In this document: piece by piece, positions 47,530 through 57,256 of the stretch | How the letters are laid out: every line of letters starts with the position of its first letter | Position numbering within the stretch: the first letter of the stretch is position 1 | Virus record (IMG/VR): IMGVR_UViG_3300028840_005911 | Coordinates: 128,447-192,446 of that record | Length of the DNA: 64,000 nt | DNA from: a virus | Reading direction: 5' to 3' (one strand) | Notes under the pieces: model-generated | The model's database searches: none | What the model was told of the DNA's origin: nothing | Seen by the model: only the letters and a program-made list of their open reading frames with translations | Program-made: the position numbers and the translations under genes

Positions 47530-48628
47530 ACCCCTCTGACCCTCCCGAAGCGGACAGGTCCGCGCCCATCCGAGCGATGATCTTTTTCTGGGGGAGCGGC
47601 ATCGAGTTGAATACCCCCACCGGGTCCTTGGCGAACTCGCGTAGGATGTCGTCGGTGAAGATACGATACATGCCGCTCGCATGATTCTGGGCAAGGTTCT
47701 GCAGCTCACGGTCGGTGACCCTGTCTGCACCTTCCTCCCAAACGACCTTGGCGGTCTTGTCGATACCGAAGGTCGATGTCCAAGGATCTGGCACGGCCTG
47801 GTCCCACATGGAATCCAGGCCGTACCGCGTGTCGAAGACACGTAGGTGGTGGGCATAGTCATCAGGAAGGATAGAGGCGGACTTCTCGAACAGATCGTCC
47901 AGGAAGTCACGTTCCTCGGAGTGAGGGTCGAAGACGAGTTTCCTCATCTCCACTGCTTCTTTGCGTTGCTCTTCGCCGGCGTAGGTCTGGGACCCAGCCT
48001 CTTTGATCTTCTCATCGAGGGGGAACCCAACCTTGCCTGATTTCGCGGCGAGCTTCGTTGAGAACTGCCGACGCATCTCGGGATGCATCTGGTGCTGGTT
48101 CTCGAGGTAGTAACCCTGAGCCCTCTCGATGAGGTCCCAAGAGTTTATGGGGTAGAGCCTCTTCCCTTCCTTCGTGATGTAGCAGTAGTCCTCGTCGGAC
48201 TCGGGGGCGGCGACCTTCACCTTCGGTGTAGGCGACTGACCGGTGACGTCCACGATGTTGTCTCCGACGTCTTCCAGCTCAGCGGCCTTGGTCAGGGCAA
48301 CCGGAGGCAGGATACCATAGGTCACGCACTTCTCGACCAGGTTACTGGCCGCAGTCTTGATGGCATCGTCAGGCAGCTTGTCGCCGTGCTCCATGAAGTA
48401 CATGACCGAGATGGCTGTGGTCCCCGGGTCATGACATGCGAACTTGCGCATCATCTGACCACCATCGACCGCCACCAGGGCAAAGTCCTCGTTGGCCAGC
48501 TTGTTCTTCTCCTTGATGTCCGCCTCCTTGATGATGTCGGGAAGCGAGTCGACATCAGGGAACTTGGCCTTCAAAGTTCCACAGCGATCATCGTAAAAGT
48601 CCAGAACCACGCCTGCGTACTTGTTCAT
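47519..48628 (-). CDS. KxA-dense head protein, first gene of the virion module
   Basis: 369 aa with 12 KxA motifs by my count; GAGG RBS. Confidence 0.7.
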   Translation of the reverse strand: MNKYAGVVLDFYDDRCGTLKAKFPDVDSLPDIIKEADIKEKNKLANEDFALVAVDGGQMMRKFACHDPGTTAISVMYFMEHGDKLPDDAIKTAASNLVEKCVTYGILPPVALTKAAELEDVGDNIVDVTGQSPTPKVKVAAPESDEDYCYITKEGKRLYPINSWDLIERAQGYYLENQHQMHPEMRRQFSTKLAAKSGKVGFPLDEKIKEAGSQTYAGEEQRKEAVEMRKLVFDPHSEERDFLDDLFEKSASILPDDYAHHLRVFDTRYGLDSMWDQAVPDPWTSTFGIDKTAKVVWEEGADRVTDRELQNLAQNHASGMYRIFTDDILREFAKDPVGVFNSMPLPQKKIIARMGADLSASGGSEGYEQ

Positions 48629-48656
48629 AGTGCACCTCTCTTCGACATCAATTCTA

Positions 48657-48686
48657 AAGCTAACCGGTTTTGGTGGGGACAGTCAA
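48657..48686 (-). promoter_or_regulatory. sigma70-like promoter TTGACT-N18-TAGCTT
   Basis: Heads the virion module; followed directly by TAGAATT. Confidence 0.4.
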
Positions 48687-48708
48687 GGCGAAAATATTGG
48701 AAATTCTT

Positions 48709-48717
48709 GGTTATAAG
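48709..48717 (+). promoter_or_regulatory. GGTTATAAG candidate phage promoter
   Basis: AT-rich divergence point upstream of the replication module. Confidence 0.45.
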
Positions 48718-48754
48718 CAAACTAGAAGATACCACCGATTACGACGGAGGAAAT

Positions 48755-49153
48755 ATGGACTACGCGAGACAGAGTAGAATGCGATCATGCTTTAACGGAA
48801 CTATCGAAAGGAATTGTGGTACTTGCATTGCCCATCCGGACAACGGGGGCAAGTGCTGTTACGGGGAGAAGTTCGATCCTGAGGACCCGGAGTGTATCGA
48901 CTGCGTTCATTGTGGGGACTGTGAAGAGGAGTGCTATCAGCCAGACTACCGTATGGCCCGGCGGAGCAGGGTGAAGATCAGATCCAGGAGGGATCGGTCC
49001 ATTGCACGGGAGCCGGACGTCGTCAGCATCGAGAAGCGGGCGAATGCCGATAGTCGGATTCTACACCGGCTTTGTAAGGAGTTTATCTGGGGAATGGGGG
49101 TCGGAGGTTTCAAGTCTCTCTACGAGTACATGTCGAGAAATCGCTGGCCATAA
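48755..49153 (+). CDS. Cys-rich hypothetical protein (132 aa)
   Basis: GGAGG RBS before ATG 48755; the longer 48083 ORF call is antisense shadow. Confidence 0.65.
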   Translation: MDYARQSRMRSCFNGTIERNCGTCIAHPDNGGKCCYGEKFDPEDPECIDCVHCGDCEEECYQPDYRMARRSRVKIRSRRDRSIAREPDVVSIEKRANADSRILHRLCKEFIWGMGVGGFKSLYEYMSRNRWP

Positions 49154-49155
49154 CG

Positions 49156-49178
49156 CTATACATATACTATATGTATAG
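49156..49178. promoter_or_regulatory. perfect palindrome, candidate operator
   Basis: CTATACATAT-ACT-ATATGTATAG immediately upstream of the XRE gene RBS. Confidence 0.55.
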
Positions 49179-49191
49179 GACGAGGTGACGC

Positions 49192-49602
49192 ATGGAACTT
49201 GGAAAAATCATCACTGATATCCGTAAAGGTTCTCTTTACCCGAGGCGTAGCGATTTCGCCAAGAACATCGGTATCAGCCATGAGGGGCTCCGGAAGGTGG
49301 AGTCCGGTGCCCGCATTCCTCAGAAGGATACCCTGGACAAGATCCTGAACATCGGCGGGCTGCCGGACAGGGAAGCCGACAGGATCAGGCACATCAGAGA
49401 CCTCGAGCTGGCCAGACAGATGGACATCAACCTGGACTTCGACGACAATGAGATTCCTGATGCCGCCCTCAATGCGCTGTCCAAGAGCCTGACCAAGGAC
49501 CTGCATGAGTATCTCGAGGAAAACGAGTACGTCCTCCCTGAGGAGTGGGACACCGCCCTCGAGCTCATCTTCAGGGAGACTCTGGAGACCCACCTGAAAT
49601 GA
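49192..49602 (+). CDS. XRE-family HTH regulator
   Basis: RSDFAKNIGISHEGLRKVESGARIP. Confidence 0.85.
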   Translation: MELGKIITDIRKGSLYPRRSDFAKNIGISHEGLRKVESGARIPQKDTLDKILNIGGLPDREADRIRHIRDLELARQMDINLDFDDNEIPDAALNALSKSLTKDLHEYLEENEYVLPEEWDTALELIFRETLETHLK

Positions 49603-51080
49603 GATACCGGATCATCGAGCCCGGTAGAGCCTACGTGACAAACAACCTCCTGCTACCCAAGGAGGAGATCAACATCCGTGCGGTGAAGAACGCCCTGGAG
49701 TTCATCATGGGCGAAGAGGTGGACATCGATCCCCTGACCGGGGAGTTCCTGGGCATGAAGAACAGGATACTCAAGCTGTGGGACGAGAACGATACCCACA
49801 TGGTGGTCCCAAGGAACTTCATCGGCCGGCGCGACTACTGCAAATTCAACTTCGAGTTCTCGACAGAGGGTGTCTCATTTGACACAGTTCCGTTCGTGTG
49901 CCTTGCCAATCCCCGTAACGAGATACAGGAGAAGGCCCTCGAAGCCATAGTGTGCAGTAACAGAGACGGCATCCTCAACCTGGCTTGCGGGATAGGGAAG
50001 ACGGTTATCTCCCTCATGGTTATAGCGGAGCTCAGGACTCCTACCCTCATCGTGGTCAACTCCAAGAATCTGATAGCCCAGTGGAGCGAGGAGATCAGGG
50101 AGCACTTGAGGGTAGATGACGGGAGATGGTTGGCGGTACCAGAGATAGGTATCATCGGTGGAGGAAAGGTAGAGATCGATGCACCAGTGGTGTTGGCCAC
50201 CATCCAGTCCCTGTCTGCCAAGAGAGATTCCCTGTACCAGGCCATCAGGGAGAGGTTCGGGCTGGTAATCTATGACGAGGCCCACCACATGTCCGCTCCC
50301 GTATTCGTACAAGGTGCTGACGTAGGGCACGGGAGACGTCTTGCCCTCACTGCTACAGCCTCGCGGACGGACGGCCTCGAGTCGATCTACCAATACCACC
50401 TAGGCCCTGTCCTGTATCGATACCTCGAGCAGGAGCTCATTCCACATACCTACTTCTACCGGCTGGTATGGGATATGCCCCCTGGAGACATACCACAGAT
50501 CCTGGACAAGAATGGTGAGATCCACACCAGCAAGATCAAGACCTACCTCGGGGCAGCGGAGTGGAGAAACGACCTCATAGCGGCTCAGATACGGAGAGAT
50601 TTGGAAGAAGGCAGGGAAATTCTTGTACTTAGCCACAGTAAGGAGGGCGTCAAGAACCTGGCCAGAAGGTTCGGGGAAAATAACTACATCATTGGCGATA
50701 TAAGAGACGAGAATGAAAGACACAGGATATTACGTGAGAGCAATCCGGCCTTCGGAGTCTTCCATTTGGCCCGGGAGGCTCTCAACAAACCCACCATGGA
50801 TACCCTCTACATCACCACCGTCTTCGGGAACTCCAACGACCTGCAACAGTCCTGGGGACGTATCCAGAGGGTGAAGGCCGGGAAGCAAGATACCGTCGTC
50901 AGAGTTTACGAGGATGACGCCCGCGCCTTAAAATTAGCCCCAACTGACAAGAGAGCAAAGAAACCACTGAAGAGTTGTGTGAGATCTTGTGGTAGCCTGC
51001 GTAGGTTCCTCAAGGCTCTTAGATACCCATTCGACAGAATCACAGTAATCGTGGAGGACGAAGATGGAAGATCAAGCTGA
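49599..51080 (+). CDS. superfamily 2 helicase
   Basis: LACGIGKT, DEAHH, LALTAT, QSWGRIQR; start moved to ATG 49599. Confidence 0.88.
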   Translation: MRYRIIEPGRAYVTNNLLLPKEEINIRAVKNALEFIMGEEVDIDPLTGEFLGMKNRILKLWDENDTHMVVPRNFIGRRDYCKFNFEFSTEGVSFDTVPFVCLANPRNEIQEKALEAIVCSNRDGILNLACGIGKTVISLMVIAELRTPTLIVVNSKNLIAQWSEEIREHLRVDDGRWLAVPEIGIIGGGKVEIDAPVVLATIQSLSAKRDSLYQAIRERFGLVIYDEAHHMSAPVFVQGADVGHGRRLALTATASRTDGLESIYQYHLGPVLYRYLEQELIPHTYFYRLVWDMPPGDIPQILDKNGEIHTSKIKTYLGAAEWRNDLIAAQIRRDLEEGREILVLSHSKEGVKNLARRFGENNYIIGDIRDENERHRILRESNPAFGVFHLAREALNKPTMDTLYITTVFGNSNDLQQSWGRIQRVKAGKQDTVVRVYEDDARALKLAPTDKRAKKPLKSCVRSCGSLRRFLKALRYPFDRITVIVEDEDGRSS

Positions 51081-51465
51081 CGGCAGGACACTGATGGTAG
51101 TCACCTCAATGGCCGGGGACAAGTTCCTTGGGTACATCAACAGCCAAGAGGACATCATTCGAGAGAGGAGGGAGATCCACCTCTATGAGGTGCGACTGGT
51201 ATTCGAGAGGATGGAGAAGTTGACGGACAGAGAGGGTAACTCGGGTATCGTCAGGAACCTGACCCTCATGGCCATCGATGCCAATGCCAGCCCCCTGGAA
51301 CACACGGAAATCACCTACGCCACCATATACAAACCGGATGCGAAGTCTCTCCCGCACTGGCAGACAATGATCGACAGGGCAAAGGAAACAGAGATGGCCA
51401 CCCTCGCCATGGAGTCCGGTCTTCACCTCCCAGGAGCTCCGAACATTATGGGCAGGCAGCAATGA
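51064..51465 (+). CDS. hypothetical protein
   Basis: Coupled ORF, 133 aa. Confidence 0.6.
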   Translation: MEDQADGRTLMVVTSMAGDKFLGYINSQEDIIRERREIHLYEVRLVFERMEKLTDREGNSGIVRNLTLMAIDANASPLEHTEITYATIYKPDAKSLPHWQTMIDRAKETEMATLAMESGLHLPGAPNIMGRQQ

Positions 51466-52133
51466 TCTGGACCCCGGAATGGAAACAAGAGCAGCTCGAG
51501 GCCCTCGAAGACGAATGGATCAATTGTCAGGGGTGTGAGCTCCACGAAGAGAGGACAAACATCGTCTTCGGAGAGGGCAACCCTGACGCGGACATCATGT
51601 TCATCGGGGAGGCTCCTGGAGAGGCTGAGGACGAAGAGGGACGACCATTCGTAGGGCGGTCAGGTGAGTACCTCCAAGATATGTTCGACGCCATGAAGAT
51701 CCTCAGAGAGGATATCTACATCACGAACATCATCATGTGCCGCCCGCCAGACAACAGAGACCCGAGGAAGGATGAGAAGCTGGCGTGTTTCGAGAGACTG
51801 CGGAAGCAGATCTACATCGTGGACCCCATGCTTCTGATACTCCTTGGCCGGCAGGCCATGCAGATGCTCATCGGGACCCGCCACAAGTCCATAGAGTCCG
51901 CCATGGGTAAGGTACTGGAAGCGAAAATCGAAGGAGAGCACTTTCATCTAACTTACCCCGCAATGGTCGTCTACCACCCCGCCTTCATGCTCCGGAACGA
52001 TATCATCGACCCGGACACCAAGAAGTGGCAGGTGGGTGGATACTCGCAGAAGACCTTCATGGCCATTGAGGATGGTCTGAGGATGGTCAGGAAGACCGCT
52101 AACCACTACGAGAGAGTTCAAAGGAGAGGATAA
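51462..52133 (+). CDS. uracil-DNA glycosylase, family 4
   Basis: [42 protein letters not shown]. Confidence 0.9.
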   Translation: MIWTPEWKQEQLEALEDEWINCQGCELHEERTNIVFGEGNPDADIMFIGEAPGEAEDEEGRPFVGRSGEYLQDMFDAMKILREDIYITNIIMCRPPDNRDPRKDEKLACFERLRKQIYIVDPMLLILLGRQAMQMLIGTRHKSIESAMGKVLEAKIEGEHFHLTYPAMVVYHPAFMLRNDIIDPDTKKWQVGGYSQKTFMAIEDGLRMVRKTANHYERVQRRG

Positions 52134-52648
52134 TGCCGAAGATGTCTATCAAGAGGGGTACCCGGAAGCGCGAGGATGCCCCAGAAAAGGATAACTCCGC
52201 ACTGGTCAAGGCCAGGGAAGCAGTAGGTGAGTTCGAGTCCGTGAGGGACGATCTGGAGGACATGAGGGATGCTTTCGAGGAGAACTTCCCAGAAGCCTCG
52301 AAGGAGATCCACCACATCCGGCAGGTAGAGGACGAGGTACTCACGCTCATCGATAAGGCCAAGCTGGCTGTCAGGGATGCCAAGGTGAGTGTGGGGGACT
52401 TCAAGCTCACCCGCAAGTTCTCCAGGGCCGGATATGATGACAAGGAGTTCCTCGACGCCATCATCCGGTCCAAGAACAAGGATCTTCTCTTCGACCTGGT
52501 CAAGACCGGGGTTATCGCCTCGGTGAAGGTGGACGGAGAATCCTCCCGGGTCTACTTCGAACGTGACGAGGGTGCGTACAGGGTCGTCAAGGACGCCTGG
52601 CGCGAGAAGGCGGAGCTGACCCCCAGCGTCAAAGTTCCGAAGATTTAG
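52133..52648 (+). CDS. hypothetical protein with N-terminal coiled coil
   Basis: Coupled ORF with phage-like codon bias. Confidence 0.65.
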   Translation: MPKMSIKRGTRKREDAPEKDNSALVKAREAVGEFESVRDDLEDMRDAFEENFPEASKEIHHIRQVEDEVLTLIDKAKLAVRDAKVSVGDFKLTRKFSRAGYDDKEFLDAIIRSKNKDLLFDLVKTGVIASVKVDGESSRVYFERDEGAYRVVKDAWREKAELTPSVKVPKI

Positions 52649-52651
52649 CTC

Positions 52652-53116
52652 ATGGAACAAATTGAGTTAAAAGACGTCGGGATGCTCGAGAGGGTGTCCC
52701 GAGAGAGATACGTGACAAGCAAGGATGAGGGGGACTACCATCGGCAGCAGTCGGTGACCTATGTTCGAGACACACTCCCGGAGGAGATCATGAGCAAGAT
52801 AGAAGAACACGTCGGCGATGGTGAAGGTTCTGTGGTAGTGAGCGCCGAGCTCGCCACCAGTGTCGACTTCGGATGCAAGGCGGGTGCCTTCGTGAGCATC
52901 AAGCTCGCATGCAACAACACTGTTGATGATGCCCTGGCTGTCCATGACATCATCCAGCCCCTGGTGGCAGAGGCCGTCGAGGAAGACTACAAGCATATGG
53001 AGCATCTGCGGGACAGGATCCTGGGCAACGTCAAGGACGACAAACCTGCAGCTGCCGAGAAGATCAGCAAGTCCTCAAGCTCGAAGCGGAGGCGGCCCTC
53101 ATTCAAAAGGAAGTAG
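52652..53116 (+). CDS. hypothetical protein
   Basis: Coupled ORF; basic C-terminus. Confidence 0.65.
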   Translation: MEQIELKDVGMLERVSRERYVTSKDEGDYHRQQSVTYVRDTLPEEIMSKIEEHVGDGEGSVVVSAELATSVDFGCKAGAFVSIKLACNNTVDDALAVHDIIQPLVAEAVEEDYKHMEHLRDRILGNVKDDKPAAAEKISKSSSSKRRRPSFKRK

Positions 53117-53118
53117 AG

Positions 53119-53448
53119 ATGTACACCAAGGACACCAAAGACGCACTCGACTCGATATCCGTAGCCGAAGGTTCCTTCGTCTGGAGACCATGGACCGGCC
53201 AGCCTGAGCCTGAGATATCTCTCAAGGCGGTCTATCTGAACAAGAAGACCGGGTCTACCTTTGGCTCATGCTCTGTGACGAACACTCTTCTGAGCCCTGA
53301 GACGGTGTCCGCTCTGGTGAAATTCGTAAAACTGGCCGAAGGCGACTTCGCCAAGGCCGTCTTCACCAGGTCGAAGGAAGACTCCTCGGACTATCCTGAG
53401 AGCCAATCCGTCTACGAACCTGGTCCACTAAAGGGTTTAGGGGAATGA
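53119..53448 (+). CDS. hypothetical protein
   Basis: Coupled ORF; ATGA overlap with the helicase. Confidence 0.6.
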   Translation: MYTKDTKDALDSISVAEGSFVWRPWTGQPEPEISLKAVYLNKKTGSTFGSCSVTNTLLSPETVSALVKFVKLAEGDFAKAVFTRSKEDSSDYPESQSVYEPGPLKGLGE

Positions 53449-55019
53449 GCAGCGTAGAGTGGAGGATCATCAAGGAGATACTGAGATCTAGGTCCCTGTC
53501 TGGGGCAGTGAAGGCCGGCCTCAAAGCCGACCATTTCAGAGACGGGGAGGTTAGGGATGTCTACGAATACATCGAGAAGCATTGGTACGATCTCAGGACC
53601 AGAAACCACGTACCTCTTGAGGAGGACATAGCGAGAAGATGGCCAATCTACGGAGAGTCTGAACAGAGTCCAGAGGACGTTGGCGCCATCCCAGCCCTGG
53701 TCAAGATGCTACAGACCCTCAGCCTCGGTTCCGACATCCGTGGCCTCACGGAGTACCTCAGGGAGCTCATAGAGGTCGATGACCCGGAGACCGTTCTTCA
53801 AGTCCTGAAGGCCCGGGTGGCGGAGGTCAACTACTCGTATGAAACCTCCAGGGCATTCGGTCTTCGAGAAATCATCTCGGGCGTCAAGGATGCCTACGAA
53901 GGTGCGAAGTCCGGAGCCTTGTACGGGATACCTTGGCCTTGGGACTGTCTAACTGCCGACACCATGGGAAAGAAAAAGGGAGATTTTATCTGTATTTACG
54001 GCAGAATGAAGAGCGCCAAAACATGGATGGCCTTGGCCAGTGCCGTAGAAGACTACATCACATACAACCAGAGAGTGATGATCTGGTCGAAAGAGATGAC
54101 TGCCGAGAAGCTCCAGCTTCGCATAGGCAGCATCTTGATGAAGGTCGACTACCAACTACTCAAAGCCGGTAAGCTCCCACCGCGTATCGAGGAAAAGTCA
54201 TTCAAAGTACTGGCCGACTTGGAGAAGATCTTCGAAAGGTCACCCGCCGAAATCAAGAAGGCCGCCGTGTCCGAACACACCAGGGATTTGATAGTCCTCA
54301 GCGGCAGGGAGGCACCAAAGGACGTCGCAGCCTTGAGTGAGATGGTGAACGAATACCAACCTGACATCCTGTACGTTGACAGCTTCTACCACCTCAACAC
54401 CGAACGGGCCGGGGCACGAGCTCAACCGTGGTACCGTATTCAATGCCTTGCCGAGGATCTCAAAGAGCTGGCAATGGACAGAGAGATACCCGTTGTGGGG
54501 ATCACCCAGGCCAACCGTGAAGGTGAGAAAGGGATGGGTAAGGATCTCACTGAGGTGGCTGGCAGTGACGCCATTGCTCGGGAAGCCGACCTCATGATGC
54601 GGGTCATCAAGAAGAGGCAACGCGAGGTCCATGAATCGGACTACGAGATCAAGGGAGGTACAGAGCCCAAACGGAAACAGGAGAAGCCAAAGAAAAATAA
54701 GCTGAGCATCCGTCGCGGTACCCGCGTTAAGGCATCCAACCCCATTCCTAAGAAGGCGCAGGAGATCAGAGACGCCGACCCACCAACACGGGTTGGGATG
54801 GAGATCGCTGTGCTTCTACCTGGCAACAGGGAAGGTGTTTTGGAGGGGTTCACTATCCACTCCGTGCCTGGGTACTGCTTCAACGTTCTTCAGTCGAGCA
54901 TGGACCCAGACTCGGTCAGGAAGTGGGTAACCCGTGACGACAAGGAAGCCGCGAAGGTACGTAGGAAGAACAGCAAGCCGGAGGACAACCTACCCTCTCT
55001 CAAAGGCACCTTCAGGTAA
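53445..55019 (+). CDS. DnaB-like replicative helicase
   Basis: PWPWDCL, YGRMKSAKT, SKEMT, ILYVDSFY, LKELA..PVVGITQANR, AGSDAIAREAD. Confidence 0.85.
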   Translation: MSSVEWRIIKEILRSRSLSGAVKAGLKADHFRDGEVRDVYEYIEKHWYDLRTRNHVPLEEDIARRWPIYGESEQSPEDVGAIPALVKMLQTLSLGSDIRGLTEYLRELIEVDDPETVLQVLKARVAEVNYSYETSRAFGLREIISGVKDAYEGAKSGALYGIPWPWDCLTADTMGKKKGDFICIYGRMKSAKTWMALASAVEDYITYNQRVMIWSKEMTAEKLQLRIGSILMKVDYQLLKAGKLPPRIEEKSFKVLADLEKIFERSPAEIKKAAVSEHTRDLIVLSGREAPKDVAALSEMVNEYQPDILYVDSFYHLNTERAGARAQPWYRIQCLAEDLKELAMDREIPVVGITQANREGEKGMGKDLTEVAGSDAIAREADLMMRVIKKRQREVHESDYEIKGGTEPKRKQEKPKKNKLSIRRGTRVKASNPIPKKAQEIRDADPPTRVGMEIAVLLPGNREGVLEGFTIHSVPGYCFNVLQSSMDPDSVRKWVTRDDKEAAKVRRKNSKPEDNLPSLKGTFR

Positions 55020-55022
55020 AAG

Positions 55023-56114
55023 ATGTACGTAGCAGACGAGATCGCAACCAACTACCTCAAGCGGGTAAGGATCAAAGAGGGTTTTATTGCCGCCGCCTGC
55101 CCGTTCCACAAGGAAGGTAACGAGAAGCACCCCTCTTTCTGGATCAACAGAGAGACCGGGAAGTGGGGGTGCTTCGCCTGTCCTGCTGGTAGCAATGATC
55201 TGAAGGAGCTTCTCAGGCTCCTCGGTCACTCCAGCAAGAAGCTCGACAAGGCCCTTGAGGAACTGGCCAAGGAGGCTAAACAGAACAAAGAACTACGGGA
55301 GGCAGAGCAGAGAAGACAAGCAAGGAAGAAGTTTCGAGGAGAGTACATCTTGCCAGAGTCCCTTCTGGGGGTATACGACTGGTGTCCCGAAGAGCTATTG
55401 GACGAGGGTTTTGAGGAGAGCGTCCTCATCGACCACGACATAGGCTACGACAAGACACTTGGGCGTATTACCTTCCCCATCCGGGACATCTACGGCAATT
55501 TGATTGGGATATCCGGTCGGAACCCGGACGGGATACTCCCAAAGTACAAGGTCTATTCGGGTAGAAAGGTGAGCGACGACGGAAAGATAGAATACAACGA
55601 ACTTGGGGAGCATTTCCCCGACTACTCAAGCACAAACATACGAGATCACCTCTGGAGAGGACAACATGTCTTCCACAAGCTGGTCAGTGGGGAGGATGAG
55701 CAACTCATCATCGTAGAGGGCTACAAGGCCGCGATGTGGCTCGTCCAACACGGATGGGAGAACACAGTCGCACTGATGGGTGCCCGCATGTCCAAGACCC
55801 AAGAACGGCTCATCAGGTACATGAGTACCGAGACGTGGGTGTTCCTGGACAACAACGAGGCCGGGTTGACTGGGGCCAAGAAGGTTTGCAACAGCCTGGC
55901 CCAAAGCACATTCCCGGTATACCTGTGCAGCTACCCGGACTACTGTGATGAGTATGCCCAACCAGACGATCTTGAGGAAGACGAGCTCGAAGAAACGCTG
56001 TCATCAGCGCGAATCATTGGAGGATTCAACAGATGGAAACTAACTGGAACGACCTCAAGCCGGTACGAGACAAAGAGAAAGCGAACAGGAGGGCGGGCTC
56101 CGGGGCACGGATGA
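55023..56114 (+). CDS. DnaG-like primase (Zn finger and Toprim)
   Basis: CPFH..PSF..CFAC, RITFPIRD, PKY, IIVEG, FLDNN, QPDD. Confidence 0.85.
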   Translation: MYVADEIATNYLKRVRIKEGFIAAACPFHKEGNEKHPSFWINRETGKWGCFACPAGSNDLKELLRLLGHSSKKLDKALEELAKEAKQNKELREAEQRRQARKKFRGEYILPESLLGVYDWCPEELLDEGFEESVLIDHDIGYDKTLGRITFPIRDIYGNLIGISGRNPDGILPKYKVYSGRKVSDDGKIEYNELGEHFPDYSSTNIRDHLWRGQHVFHKLVSGEDEQLIIVEGYKAAMWLVQHGWENTVALMGARMSKTQERLIRYMSTETWVFLDNNEAGLTGAKKVCNSLAQSTFPVYLCSYPDYCDEYAQPDDLEEDELEETLSSARIIGGFNRWKLTGTTSSRYETKRKRTGGRAPGHG

Positions 56115-57202
56115 GATATCTCTGGCGCATGGACGGAGTCAAGACACGGGTACGCTTCCAGAAACCCGAGACCCCGTACATCAGTCCGGAGGGCGGTGGC
56201 GAACACCCGTTCAGGATTGGCCGGCGGCGCTTCCTGAAGAACTTCGGCAAGAACGGCATCTTCATGGAGTGTGGGTACGACAAGTGCGTGCCGGATGCCC
56301 TGGGTAACCCTCAGGAGTTCGACCTCGTGGATGTAGACCCCGACCCGGACATGATCAAGTCCGAATGCCAGCCCTACATCGCCGTCGCGGGGTGGATCGA
56401 AGAGTGGTACCACATCACCGAGATAGAGAGGAAGGACAAGACCGGGACGTTCAAGACCAGGGTCCGGTGCGAAGGACACGGGTGTAAGTACTGCAAGAAC
56501 GATGACCTGCGGGTCTTCGGGAAGAAGTTCTACACCACCTTCACCATCGACCAGTGGTGGGCAGTGTTCCGTCCCCTCGACAACCGGGCACACACCATCG
56601 ACCGCACTGGACATGACCTCCTCCTGTACGACTACCGGTGCAGGGAGTGCGAGGAGCTCCTCGTGGACTTCCTCGGTAGCTGTCCACAGTGTGGTGAGGA
56701 GACCGTCTCTGTCGACATCGAGGCCGAGGAAGCCATGTGCGATGAGTGCCAGTTCACGTGGTCCATCCATCCTGACGAGAACCCGAATATCCTGGAAGCG
56801 ATCGACCAGGATATGAAGTGCCCCAGTTGCGGGCACGTCGCGATGCCGAAGCCCTGCTACGAGTTCGCCGATGAGTCCGTGGCCGGTGAACCGGACCCCT
56901 GCGACCTGTTCGACATCCAGATCGCCATGCACAAGGGTGATGACAAGAAGATCGTCATCGACGGATGGGACGTCGCGGACCCGAATCCCAAGCTGTTCGA
57001 TCCCAAGTTCCAGGGAGGAGACGAAGCAGGCGAGAAGATCGCAGAGAGGAACAAGGTCCCTCTCGACCTCGACGAGCTCCTCCAGGCAGATCCCCCTGCC
57101 GTACAGGCAAAGATCCTCGGGAAGCGGAACCCCTTCGATAGCGGAGGTGACAACAGAACCCGCCGCTACCAGAGGCCCAAAACCGAGGAAGACGACGAGT
57201 AA
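56033..57202 (+). CDS. putative single-stranded DNA-binding protein with Zn ribbons
   Basis: Lies between primase and polymerase; very GC3-biased; several CxxC; acidic C-terminus; followed by a hairpin. Confidence 0.55.
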   Translation: METNWNDLKPVRDKEKANRRAGSGARMRYLWRMDGVKTRVRFQKPETPYISPEGGGEHPFRIGRRRFLKNFGKNGIFMECGYDKCVPDALGNPQEFDLVDVDPDPDMIKSECQPYIAVAGWIEEWYHITEIERKDKTGTFKTRVRCEGHGCKYCKNDDLRVFGKKFYTTFTIDQWWAVFRPLDNRAHTIDRTGHDLLLYDYRCRECEELLVDFLGSCPQCGEETVSVDIEAEEAMCDECQFTWSIHPDENPNILEAIDQDMKCPSCGHVAMPKPCYEFADESVAGEPDPCDLFDIQIAMHKGDDKKIVIDGWDVADPNPKLFDPKFQGGDEAGEKIAERNKVPLDLDELLQADPPAVQAKILGKRNPFDSGGDNRTRRYQRPKTEEDDE

Positions 57203-57213
57203 CATCTAACCCG

Positions 57214-57243
57214 GAGGGGTGGGGCATTCGTGTCCCACCCCTC
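57214..57243 (+). terminator. 10-bp stem-loop after the SSB-like gene
   Basis: GAGGGGTGGG...CCCACCCCTC; no U-tract. Confidence 0.5.
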
Positions 57244-57256
57244 ACTGAGGTGATAC

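Noticed and set aside
48083-48754. 5' part of the 356-aa plus-strand ORF
   Set aside because: Overlaps ORF 47519-48628 antisense and crosses the promoter region; RBS supports a start at 48755.
55940-57205. 421-aa minus-strand ORF
   Set aside because: Shadow of the SSB-like gene.
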